This document shows, piece after piece, positions 21,209 through 30,379 of a stretch of DNA of 64,000 bases. The DNA lies in the NCBI GenBank assembly GCA_963819655.1, contig CAWFXA010000003.1, forward strand, positions 64,001-128,000, given 5' to 3'. The notes below the pieces were generated by a model. It did not search any database. It worked only from the letters and a program-made list of their open reading frames with translations, and had not been told where the DNA came from. Within the stretch, counting starts at the first letter, position 1. The number at the start of each line of letters is the position of its first letter. Origin of the DNA: an uncultured Chloroflexia bacterium (lineage in GTDB: Bacteria > Chloroflexota > Limnocylindria > Limnocylindrales > CSP1-4). Position numbers and translations under genes: made by a program.

Positions 21209-21715
21209 TCAGGCCGTGACGTAGCTCGTCGGGTGACGGAAGACCACGCCGCCGTGCCGCCAGACCGCCTCGTCGACGTCCTGGGTCGAGTACTCTTCGA
21301 CCTCCGCGACGAGCGCGGCGTGGCCCGGCAGCAGACGGCCGGAGACTGCGGCGATGTAGTCCTCCTTGATGCCCGTGTCGGCGATATCGACGGTCGTGCC
21401 CATGGTGCCGCCGAGCACGCTGCCGGTCGCGGCACCCGCGGCGCCGACCTGTGCTCCCGTCAGCGTACCGGCCGGGCCGGCGAGCGTGCCGACCAGCGCC
21501 CCGAGGAGGGCGCCGGCGGTGGCGCCGCCGATGCCGCCCCACGGATTCGCGATCCCCTCGTCGTCCAGCCAGTTGATATTGCCGGCCAGGTCCTTCTCGA
21601 CGATCGCGCCACTCTTGATGTCGATCACGCTCTGGTCCAGCTTGTCGATGTCCCTCGCGGCGTCGTACGCCTGGTTGCGGTTTTCGAACGTCGCGATGAT
21701 GACGTCTCGGGCCAT
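21209..21715 (-). CDS. DUF1269-like glycine-zipper membrane protein
   Basis: GGAGGA RBS; Gly-zipper GALLGALVG; 'LLPGHAALVAEVEE'. Confidence 0.78.
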   Translation of the reverse strand: MARDVIIATFENRNQAYDAARDIDKLDQSVIDIKSGAIVEKDLAGNINWLDDEGIANPWGGIGGATAGALLGALVGTLAGPAGTLTGAQVGAAGAATGSVLGGTMGTTVDIADTGIKEDYIAAVSGRLLPGHAALVAEVEEYSTQDVDEAVWRHGGVVFRHPTSYVTA

Positions 21716-22084
21716 GGTTCGTTCCTCCTGTGGGTTGATGGGTCGGTTGACCTGGGCACAGCGTCGCGGCGCGGAGGATGAGCGGTCGTCACCCGGATCG
21801 GTCGATTACGGGCGCCTCCGCGGCGCCGCGCGGGCCGGTCCGATCGACCCCCACACCTCGTCGACCTTCTTCCATGGCCCGGTACCCCGACCATCGACGC
21901 GCTCATGGTCGGCCTGACCGGGTCCCGTGTCGAGCGTCGTACTCGCATCGCTCACCCGGCGTGCCGGCGCCTTCTCCCTCGACGATCGCCTGAGGTCGAA
22001 TCGCCCGGATCGGACGACGGCAGATCGTCCGGTCGGGGCGGAACCTCATGGGATTGATCGCCCTTGATTGGAGGAACTCCGGCC

Positions 22085-22507
22085 ATGACAGCGCTGACGC
22101 TCCCACACCCGCCCCAACACCCGGTTGTCATCCGCTTGAACAAAGAGCGCGCCGCGGATTTCGAGCTCCGGCTCGCCGACGGCATCACTGCGTTCGCAGG
22201 CTCGATGCGATTCGTGTACTTCCATGCCGTGGCGTTCGCTCTGTGGATGCTCTTCTTCGAGAAGAATCCGTGGCCGACGTTGACGCTTGCGGTGTCCCTC
22301 GAGGCGATCTTCCTAACCTCCTTCGTGATGATCGGGCAGAACCGCCAGGCCACGTTCCAGCAGGAGAAGGCCGACCACGACTTCGTCGAGGGCGAGCAGG
22401 AGTTGAAGCTGAACACCGACCTGACACGTGAGATCCACGAGCTAACCCGCGAGCTCCATGAACGCGTCCTTGGAACCCCTGTACAAGACCGGCAGGAACA
22501 GCGCTAG
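22085..22507 (+). CDS. DUF1003 membrane protein
   Basis: ADGITAFAGSM and SLEAIFLTSFVMIGQNR motifs. Confidence 0.88.
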   Translation: MTALTLPHPPQHPVVIRLNKERAADFELRLADGITAFAGSMRFVYFHAVAFALWMLFFEKNPWPTLTLAVSLEAIFLTSFVMIGQNRQATFQQEKADHDFVEGEQELKLNTDLTREIHELTRELHERVLGTPVQDRQEQR

Positions 22508-22560
22508 TGAGCATCCAAGGGCAGCGATCGATTGGTGGCGGGCCTCATGGCTCTCGCGTA

Positions 22561-23679
22561 ATGCCGGACGCAGCACCGGATGGGACGGTCGCGGGCGCTC
22601 CGGTCGGGACGCCGGCGCAGCCGACGCCGAGCCGTCGGGCGATCGCGGGGCGCGCGGTCGTGCTCGTCGGGATCTTTCTGTTCGTGTTCGGGGTCGTGTT
22701 GCCGCGCCTGATCGACTACGACGCGGTTCGCGCCGCGCTCGCAGCGCTGACCCCCGGTCAGCTCGGGCTGCTCGGTGCCGCCAGCGTGGTCGCCTACGTC
22801 GCCAACGCCGGTCCGACCCGGGTCCTCGTGCCCGGGCTCTCATGGCCGCACGCAGTCGGGTCGGACCTGGCCGCGCGGGCGGTCGTCAGCACCGTGCCCG
22901 GGCCGACTGACGTTGCCACGCGGCTCGTCCTGTACCGCCAGTGGGCGATCCCCACCGCCATCGCGAGCGCCGGGATCGTCCTCGCGGCCCTGTTCGAGAC
23001 GTTCTCCTTGTTTGCCCTGCCGCTGACCGCCACCGCAGGTCTGCTCGTCACCGGTCACCCGGCCGAGTCGCGTGCGCTCCAGCTCGCGCTGATCGGCCTC
23101 ATCGTGCTGGTCGCCGGCGCGGTCCTGATGGTTACCATCGTGCGCTCGGAGGACCTAGCCCGGAGGCTGGGCGGCTGGCTCGACCGGATGGCCCAGCGCA
23201 TCTGGAAGTTCTTCCGGAAGACGCCGCCGACGGGCATCGTCGAGGGCATCCTGGACCTTCGAGAGCGCTCGAAGGCCATCCTCACGCAGCACGGCCTGCG
23301 CGGGTTCGTCGCAGCCGTGGTCGCCAAGCTCGCCTGGTTCGTCGTTCTCGAGATCGCCCTCTGGTGCGTCGGGGTCGGCCCAGATGTGCTCCCGCCGTCG
23401 GCCGTGCTGGCGGCGATGGCGGTCGTCGGGATGGTGTCGCTCATTCCCATCACGCCGGGCGGCGTGGGCGTCACCGAGGTCGCCTACATCGGCATCCTGT
23501 CGAGCGTGGCCGGCTCGGGGCTGACCGAGCAGCTCACGGCCGCCGTGATGCTGTTCCGGATCGCCCAATGGTTCGTCCCGATCCCGGTCGGCTGGGTGCT
23601 TCTGCTCGTGATGCGCCGGGGCCACTTGGGCGAGCTGCTCGGGGGTCCCGACAAGGTTCCGACGCCGTCTTCGAGCTGA
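22561..23679 (+). CDS. Lysylphosphatidylglycerol synthase TM / YbhN flippase-like protein
   Basis: Multi-TM; PITPGGVGVTE and AVMLFR motifs. Confidence 0.85.
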   Translation: MPDAAPDGTVAGAPVGTPAQPTPSRRAIAGRAVVLVGIFLFVFGVVLPRLIDYDAVRAALAALTPGQLGLLGAASVVAYVANAGPTRVLVPGLSWPHAVGSDLAARAVVSTVPGPTDVATRLVLYRQWAIPTAIASAGIVLAALFETFSLFALPLTATAGLLVTGHPAESRALQLALIGLIVLVAGAVLMVTIVRSEDLARRLGGWLDRMAQRIWKFFRKTPPTGIVEGILDLRERSKAILTQHGLRGFVAAVVAKLAWFVVLEIALWCVGVGPDVLPPSAVLAAMAVVGMVSLIPITPGGVGVTEVAYIGILSSVAGSGLTEQLTAAVMLFRIAQWFVPIPVGWVLLLVMRRGHLGELLGGPDKVPTPSSS

Positions 23680-24019
23680 TGGGAGCGCGCGTCGGCCGCG
23701 GTCGGCGACGCCGTCCTGGCCGCTCGGTGAGAGCGAGCTCCGAGTGCCAACGAAGTCCGTCGCTCGACACGCTGAGGTCACGACGCGAGCCGCGATGTCG
23801 CGGGGCTCCAGGATGCGCGCGGGCCGTAAAGCAGTCGCTCGAGGCCACGCGCGAGGCGCTCGTGTCCTGACGGGGCGAGCGATGCGGAGCACCGAGCGCG
23901 TGAGGCGCGGTGGCCCAGCCAATGGCCGAATTGGCCGAATCGTGGGACGACCGCTCATCCTCGCGGATCGGACGCTTCGTCCCTATTCCACAGAGTTCAA
24001 TCGAAAGGAGAAGGTTCCA

Positions 24020-24588
24020 ATGCTTGGTTTGGTGGCGCGCGACTGGTGGGTGTTCGCGATCCGTGGCATCGCTGCGATCGTGCTCGGCATCCTCGCATTC
24101 ATCTGGCCTGAGAGGACGCTCACGGTGCTCGTCTTCCTGTTCGGCGCCTACTTCACTCGTCGACGGCGTCGCGCTGCTCGATCGCGCTCGCTCGCGGCGA
24201 CGCAGAGGCGCGGCGGGACGCCTGGGCCGTGGGGATCATGGGCGTCCTCGGCATCGTCGTCGGCGTCGCCACCTTCGTGTCGCCAGGCCTGACGGCTCTA
24301 ACGCTGCTGTACCTCGTGGCCTTCTGGGCGATAGCGACGGGCGCCTTCCAGGTTATCGCGGCCATCGCCCTCCGGCGCGAGCTCGAAGGCGAGTTCTGGA
24401 TGGCACTCGGCGGCGTGGCCTCGATCGTATTCGGCGCACTGCTCGTCGCCTCCCCCGGAGACGGGCTGATCACGCTCGTGTGGCTCGTCGGGATCTGGTC
24501 GGTCGTGTTCGGGGTCTCGAACCTCGGCCTCGCGAATCGGCTCCGTAAGGTCGACGCGGCCATGCCCGCGCCCGCCGCGCAGCACTGA
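24020..24588 (+). pseudogene. HdeD family acid-resistance membrane protein, frameshifted near 24155-24190
   Basis: N-terminus WWVFAIRGIAAIVLG; continuation LVDGV in a second frame; C-terminal half in ORF 24229..24588. Confidence 0.8.
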
Positions 24589-24652
24589 CCCGCTCGGGTC
24601 GCGATCGTCCACGAGGGCTGCATGCGACAGACGACTGTGTGGACAAACAAGA

Positions 24653-24692
24653 GCAGCGGTGGGAGCGGCGGCAACGCCGCTCCCACCGCTGC
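24653..24692. terminator. Perfect 18-bp stem with GCAA tetraloop
   Basis: gcagcggtgggagcggcg-gcaa-cgccgctcccaccgctgc downstream of the hdeD-like gene; no U-tract. Confidence 0.55.
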
Positions 24693-24754
24693 GTGAGTTC
24701 GGCTGAGCCGACCAACATCAGGGAGGGCCAGGATGCCCGGGAGCGACGTAGAAC

Positions 24755-25873
24755 GTGCGGGCGGCGGTGTCGTTGGGGATCGCCCGCGACGATGAGTCGC
24801 GCGCGGACGGGCTGATGCTGTCCGCCGGCCCGCTCACGGCCATCGGCGGGCTCGTGCTCGTCCTCGTCGCGGTGCTCGCCCTACGCGAGGTGGCGTCGCT
24901 CGTCGTCCCGGTGGTGTTCGGTCTCTTCATCGCCCTCACCGCCTGGCCGATGGTCGGGGCGCTCGAGCGGCGTGGCGTCCGGCACGCGTTCGCGCTTGGC
25001 GGGAACGATGGCGGTCGTCCTTGCCATCGGTCTCGTTGCGGCCTGCGTAGCCGCGCTCTCGGTGGGCGAGCTGGCGGTCAAGATTCCCACGTACGAGAGC
25101 CGCCTGAGCGCTGCCCTCGCGGCCCTGCGCGATCTCCTTGGGCAGCTCGGGATCAGCGTCGATCTCGGCGCCATCACTGCGATCATCTCGCCGGAGAGGA
25201 TCTTCGGACTCGTCAAGCCCGTGGCGTCGGCCGTCTCCGAGGCCGGTGGCGCAATGTTCGTCCTCGCCTTCACCATGATCTATGCGCTCGCAGGCGGGAC
25301 GTCGCTCCGGGCGCGGGCGGTTGCGGCGTTCGGTGAGCAGCACGCGCTCCTGCTCGGCATGGAGCGGTTCGGTACCGACCTGCGACGCTACCTCGTCGTG
25401 CGAGCCAAGCTCGGGCTATTCGCCGCCGTGCTCTCGTTCGTGCTTCTAGCTCGTGCTCGGCGTGCCGTTTCGCCGTCCTGTGGGCGATCCTCGTATTCGC
25501 CGCTAGCTTCGTCCCGAACATCGGCGTCCGTGATCGCCGTCGTACCGCCGACGATCCTCGCATATCTCGACAGCGGGCTTGGCGACGGCGGCGATTGGTG
25601 GTCATCGGATATGCCGTCATCAACTTCGCCCAGGACCAGTTCCTCCAGCCGGTGGTCATGGGGAGCGAGCTCAACCTGAGCCCGCTGGTTGTCTTCATCG
25701 CGGTCGTCGTGTGGGTGTGGATCCTCGGCCCGGCTGGCGCGCTTCTCGCGGTCCCGCTAACGGTCGGGCTGGTCATGCTCCTCGAGGTGTTCCCCTCCTC
25801 GCGGGGCGTTGCCGCCGTGCTCCGCAACAACGTCGAGGCGCAGCCCGGGATGCGCGAGACGCTCGTGCCCTGA
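24755..25873 (+). pseudogene. AI-2E family transporter, multiply frameshifted
   Basis: Segments in ORFs 24755, 24972 and 25595: 'RRYLVVRAKLGL', 'FVPNIG', 'LNLSPLVVFI..W.WILGP.GALLAVPLT'. Confidence 0.82.
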
Positions 25874-25994
25874 CCGGCCGGCGGTCAGTTCGCCGGCTGC
25901 CCTGACCCGACGTACGCGAGGCGACGGCGAAAATGACGCCCTCGAAGGCCGGGAATGCACGTGACGGGATGACGCCGTCGGCCGACGGCCGCGC

Positions 25995-28661
25995 CTATCC
26001 GCGCCTCCGCGTCGCCGCGGCGAGCAGCCCGAGATCGCGAGCGCGTTCGACCGCCTCGGTGCGTCGATGGACGCCGAGCTTCTCGTAGACGTGGCGCATG
26101 TGGGTCTTGACCGTGCTCGTGGAGACGAACAGCTCGCCGGCGATGTCCGGTGCCGACAGGTTGCTCGGCAGGTAGCGAAGGACGCGAAGTTCGCTCTCGC
26201 TGAGCGGCTCGGCCAGGGTCGCCAGCTCTCCCACGCCGGCTGGCGGCAAGCCGGCATAGCATGCCGCGGATGTCGGTCAGCAGGGTGGCGTGAGCCGTTC
26301 GGTGGCGAGGGTGGCGATCGAGGAGATCCGTCCACGGGCGTGATGAGGAACGGGAAGACGACGGCGTCGGCCTCGGTCAACGTCGAGCGCACGCTCGACG
26401 TCCGCTTCCGCGGCGTCCCCCTGGCCGAGCCGCTCCCGGGCGAGCGCATCGATGAAGCAGCGCCTGGACCAGCGTGAACACGCGGATCACGGACGCCTCG
26501 CCGTTGAGGACCGGGGCGAGGACCTCGATGGCCGACGACGCGTCCTCGTCGGCGAGGTGGATCGCAGCCGCCGCGCACCGGGTCTCGCCCCAGTCGCGCT
26601 GTTCCTGACCGACTCGAGCGAGCGTGGCGCGCGCGGCCTCGCGCTGGCCCATCCGCAGACTGCGGTCTGGACGAGGAAGTTCCGCACGAGGGCGGTGTTG
26701 ACATGCATCGTGACGAGGGACGCCTGCGTTCGCTCGGCGGCCGCGAATACGCCGGCCGCCTCGTCGAGTTGACCCTCACCGAAGCGCTGGATGCCGCGCA
26801 CCAGGAACAGGAACAGCGCAGTGGCGGGCTCCACTTCCGTGCGCAGCGCGCGCTCTGCTCGATCGAGCCACTCGCCACCTTCGGCTATCCGACCCTGGGC
26901 GACGTCGACCGCCGCCATGGTCGCCAGCGCCATGCACGCGATCGGTTCGGTCTCCCAGCCGTGGCGCTCGGCGATCGCGACCGCCTCGGCCGTGACCGGC
27001 CGCTGCCGGGTCAGCGGCCGAGTCGGCAGGAGTGCCATGTGAGAGAGGCAGCCGATCTCGAGGTACGGCCGTCCGGCTCGACGCGCGAGCCCAAGGGCGT
27101 GCTCGAGGTCGCGTTCGGCATCGTCCGGGCGACGCGCCCACAGCTCGAGGATGCCGAGGTTCATCAAGGCCTTAGCGCGCGCGTCGTCTCCGAGGAGCAC
27201 CCCGTCGAAGGCGTTGGCTGCCGGCTCGAGGAGCGTGCGGACCTCGGCGAGCACGGACGCGTCGTCGCCGCGACGGCGCGCAAGGGCGAGCCGGGCGATG
27301 GCGAGGTTGAGCCCGAAACGTGCCCGCCGGTCGGGCGGAACGTCCTCGTGATGCTGCTCGGCCAGCGCGATGTACGACGCTGCGGTCCCGAGCGAATGGG
27401 CCGAGAGCTCCTGGTAGGCCATGAACGCCGCGAGCTCGGGCTCGCGTCGAACTTCCGCCGGTAGGGCCGCGAGGAGGCCGTCGACCGCCGCTCCCTGCCC
27501 GTCGAGCGAGAGCGTGAGGCCGTGCTCCGCGAGGAGGCGGCCCGCGTAGTCCCACGCCTCGGCTCGCTCGGCGTGGCGGACCGCCTCGAGCACGTTGCCA
27601 TGGGCGACGTACCAATCGGCGGCGGCGAGGTGAAGCTGGGGCACGTCCTCGGGGCTCGTGCGGCGGAGCTCCAGCCGCAGGAGATCTGCCAGCAAATGGT
27701 GGTAGCGGAACGTCGTCCTCGCCGCATCGACCGCCACGACGAAGGCGTTCTCGTCCTCGAGCCAGAGGAGGATTCGTTCGGACCCCATGGACCTGAGGAG
27801 GTGGTCTGCCAGCGGCCCGGTGACGTTGTCGAGGATCGAGGTTCGAAGGAGCAGGCGACGGACGTCCGCGGGCAGGCGGGCGAGCACCTCGGCGAGCAGG
27901 TAGTCGGCCACGGTCCGCTCATTGCCCGAGAACTCGGCGACGAAGCGGCGCGGATCCGGATGACCAGCGAGCGAGAGCGCGGCCAGGCGGAGCCCGGCTG
28001 CCCAGCCCTCGGTCCTGCCATGGAGCTGCGACAGGCTGTCGTCGTCGAGCCGGACGTGCGCCGCCTCCAGAAGTCTGTGCGTCTCGGCGAGGTTGAACCG
28101 CAGATCGGCCTCGCGAATCTCCGTGAGCTGGCCGGCCAGGCGCAGTCGATGGAGCCCGAGCTGCGGGTCGTGGCGCGTCGCCAGCACGATGCAGAGATGT
28201 TCGGGACGGCCCGCGATGAGTTCGGCGAGGTCGTCGCGCGCCAAAGCGGCGCGGAGTTCATGGAGGTCGTCGATCACCAGCAGGATCGGCCGATCGAGCC
28301 CGGCGAGCTGGGCGATCAGCCTCTGTACCAGGGCAGCACCGTCGAATTGCGGTGATGGAGCGAGCGGCGCAAGGACGGCGTCCGATCCGACGGCCGCGCG
28401 GAGCTGTTCGAGCACTGAGAGCCAGAAGCGCTGGGGGTCCTGCTCGTCCCGCCGGACCGAGACCCAGGCGGCGCGGTCGGCGAGGTTCGCTTCGTTGATC
28501 CACGACCGCAGCAGCACGGTCTTCCCGCTGCCAGGCGGCGCCGAGACGAGCGTGACGCCGCCTGCCAACCCGGCGGACAGGCGCTCGAAGAGGTCCGGCC
28601 GCGCGACAACGGACGGAGGGTGCGCACCCGAGGTGATCGAGGATGTCCTCACCTTGCGCAT
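25995..28661 (-). pseudogene. Second MalT-like STAND/LuxR regulator, several frameshifts in C-terminal part
   Basis: APPGSGKT, LVIDDLH, TEGWAAGL, FRYHHLLAD; LuxR HTH 'LSESELRVLRYL..STVKTH' in ORF 25995..26249. Confidence 0.87.
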
Positions 28662-28802
28662 CGTCCCACGCCGGAACTCACCGAGGAAGGCAGGCGCGTG
28701 ATGGCCAGGACCAGGGCGACGGGCATTGCGATGCGACCCTGCTCAGTCTAACCCTTCGAGATTACCGACCTGGCCGGTCGGCCGGTCTTCGGCGGACCTC
28801 GA

Positions 28803-28848
28803 TCGTCCTATCGGGATGATGCGGACTCATCCGCTCGAACACGACGCT
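28803..28848 (+). promoter_or_regulatory. Palindromic operator TCGTCC-N5-GGATGA plus -10 GACGCT, leaderless start
   Basis: Same spacing as the other island modules; ATG lies 6 nt after the -10. Confidence 0.55.
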
Positions 28849-28854
28849 CACGGC

Positions 28855-29067
28855 ATGCGCGATCTTCGGAATGGTGCCCGGTACGAGATCCGCATCCGTG
28901 GAATCCTGAGTGGAACGGTCGCCGGTGCCTTCTCGGGCCTCCTAGCCCGGGAGGATCGCGGCGAGACGGTGCTCACCGGCCGGCTCCCGGACCAAGCCGC
29001 ACTCCACGGAGTCCTTGCCCAGATAGAAGCGCTCGGACTCGAGCTCATTGAAGTCCGGCGTCGGTAG
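28855..29067 (+). CDS. Small uncharacterised protein (YEIRIxG...DQAALHG family)
   Basis: 70-aa homolog of 13981..14199, divergent from the MalT-like gene. Confidence 0.82.
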   Translation: MRDLRNGARYEIRIRGILSGTVAGAFSGLLAREDRGETVLTGRLPDQAALHGVLAQIEALGLELIEVRRR

Positions 29068-29259
29068 AGGGAAACGCTCCTGGCGGACGCGCCTAGGGAC
29101 ATCTCAGGCCTCCAGCCATGACCCTGAGGCACGCCGATCGCTGCACACGTCGTCAGGGGGCCTGCGGACCGCGAGCAAGGAGGGTTGGCTCGCGTGTCGA
29201 CTCGCGGACCGGGCAAACTTGTGCGGGCGCAAGTCGAGGATGCCGCGTCTCGCGTAATT

Positions 29260-29367
29260 AGAACATCTGTTCTGTCGCGCCCGACAGGAGTTGAGCGCGC
29301 GGATGCCATAAATATCCGAATCCCGACTGAGGGAGTCAACATTGGCATAATGGCCGAAGGCGCCTGA
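29260..29367 (+). repeat. att scar / recombinase tail copy B, preceded by AGAACATCTGTTCT palindrome
   Basis: 35-bp identity with 20444-20478; reads SRPTGVERADAINIRIPTEG. Confidence 0.7.
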
Positions 29368-29488
29368 TCGCTGACAGCTCCGGGAGTGGTCGGGCAGATG
29401 CCAGAGCGCAGGCTCACCAGTTGAGGCCTCTGACCCCTCGACCGGCGGCGTGGCCGTCGGCCGCCGTGAGTAAACGAGAGGAGTCCCG

Positions 29489-29950
29489 ATGAGCGCGAGA
29501 TCGATCGACGAGCTGGGTCCCGTCGACTACCTGGTGGTCGAGTTTCCGGCGGGGCAGCAGAACTTCACCGGCGAGGCAGTCGACCAGCTCCTGCGGTTGC
29601 ATGACTCGGGGATCATCCGGGTCATGGACCTTGTCATCATCGGCAAGGGCGACGACGGGACGGTCATGGCCCAGGAGCTCGCCGACCTCGACGACATGGG
29701 CGAGTTCGCCCGGCTCGAGACCGAGCTGGCCGAGACCCTCGCCGAAGAGGACGTCCTGAAGGTTGGGGCGACGATGGAGCCCGGTAGCCTGGGCGCCGTG
29801 CTCGTCTACGAGAACCTGTGGGCCGCAGGGTTCGCCTCGGCCGTCCGCCATGCCGGCGGCCAGCTGGTTACCCAGGGCCGGATCCCGATCCAGGCCATCA
29901 TCGCCGCCGTCGAGGCGGACGAAGCGGCGCTTGTCGCCGAAGGAGTCTGA
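29489..29950 (+). CDS. DUF6325-like protein
   Basis: GPVDYLVVEFP and LVYENLWA..GRIP motifs; GAGGAG RBS. Confidence 0.85.
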   Translation: MSARSIDELGPVDYLVVEFPAGQQNFTGEAVDQLLRLHDSGIIRVMDLVIIGKGDDGTVMAQELADLDDMGEFARLETELAETLAEEDVLKVGATMEPGSLGAVLVYENLWAAGFASAVRHAGGQLVTQGRIPIQAIIAAVEADEAALVAEGV

Positions 29951-29951
29951 G

Positions 29952-30134
29952 ATGCCGCTCCGATCATCGCGTCTGGGCAGGGCAGCGGTCGTAACGGCCG
30001 CCGTCACGCCGGGACCGTCGCCCATCGCCAAGGCCGCCGTCGTTGGTGCCGCCGTTTCGAAGCCCGGGCCCGCCCCGATCGCCAAGACCGCTGTCGTCGC
30101 GGCGGCCATCACCCCGGGGCGCCGCCGCTTCTAG
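29952..30134 (+). CDS. 60-aa peptide with three internal Ala/Val/Pro repeats
   Basis: AAGGAG RBS, ATG immediately after the upstream stop; repeats of AVVxAA(V/I)x(K)PG. Confidence 0.7.
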   Translation: MPLRSSRLGRAAVVTAAVTPGPSPIAKAAVVGAAVSKPGPAPIAKTAVVAAAITPGRRRF

Positions 30135-30199
30135 TCGACGATCATGCCGTCCGCGGGCGTGGGACCCTCCTCGACGCGCCGGATCGCGCCGCGCGGGGA

Positions 30200-30345
30200 T
30201 GCTGCTGGCCGAGCCTCGCGCAAAGGTGACCCATCGAGGTCTCGATGGTCTGCGGGGTGCGGGCTGCCGGTCGGTCGCGGTGGCAAGTAGTTTGGGGCGC
30301 ACAGGTGCGAGCCGCCCTTCACGACCATCCGCGGGAACCGCTCGT
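30200..30345 (-). pseudogene. Formylglycine-generating enzyme (FGE/SUMF1) C-terminal fragment
   Basis: RMVVKGGSHLCAPNY, then frameshifted ..RPAAR.PQTIETSMGHL; begins at the att core. Confidence 0.8.
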
Positions 30346-30360
30346 CGGTATGCGGTACCA
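30346..30360 (+). repeat. tRNA-Glu 3'-end copy (15 bp; attR-like)
   Basis: cggtatgcggtacca followed by atcgcc; compare tRNA ...cca-aaatcgcc. Confidence 0.75.
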
Positions 30361-30379
30361 ATCGCCCCGAGCTGTATTT

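Larger units (their letters stand above)
8075..30360. mobile_element. Composite genomic island / tandem integrated segments at tRNA-Glu (may extend to ~32400)
   Basis: tRNA 3'-end copies at 9151-9168, 20202-20219 and 30346-30360; multiple truncated genes; accessory cargo; no integrase recognised. Confidence 0.8.
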
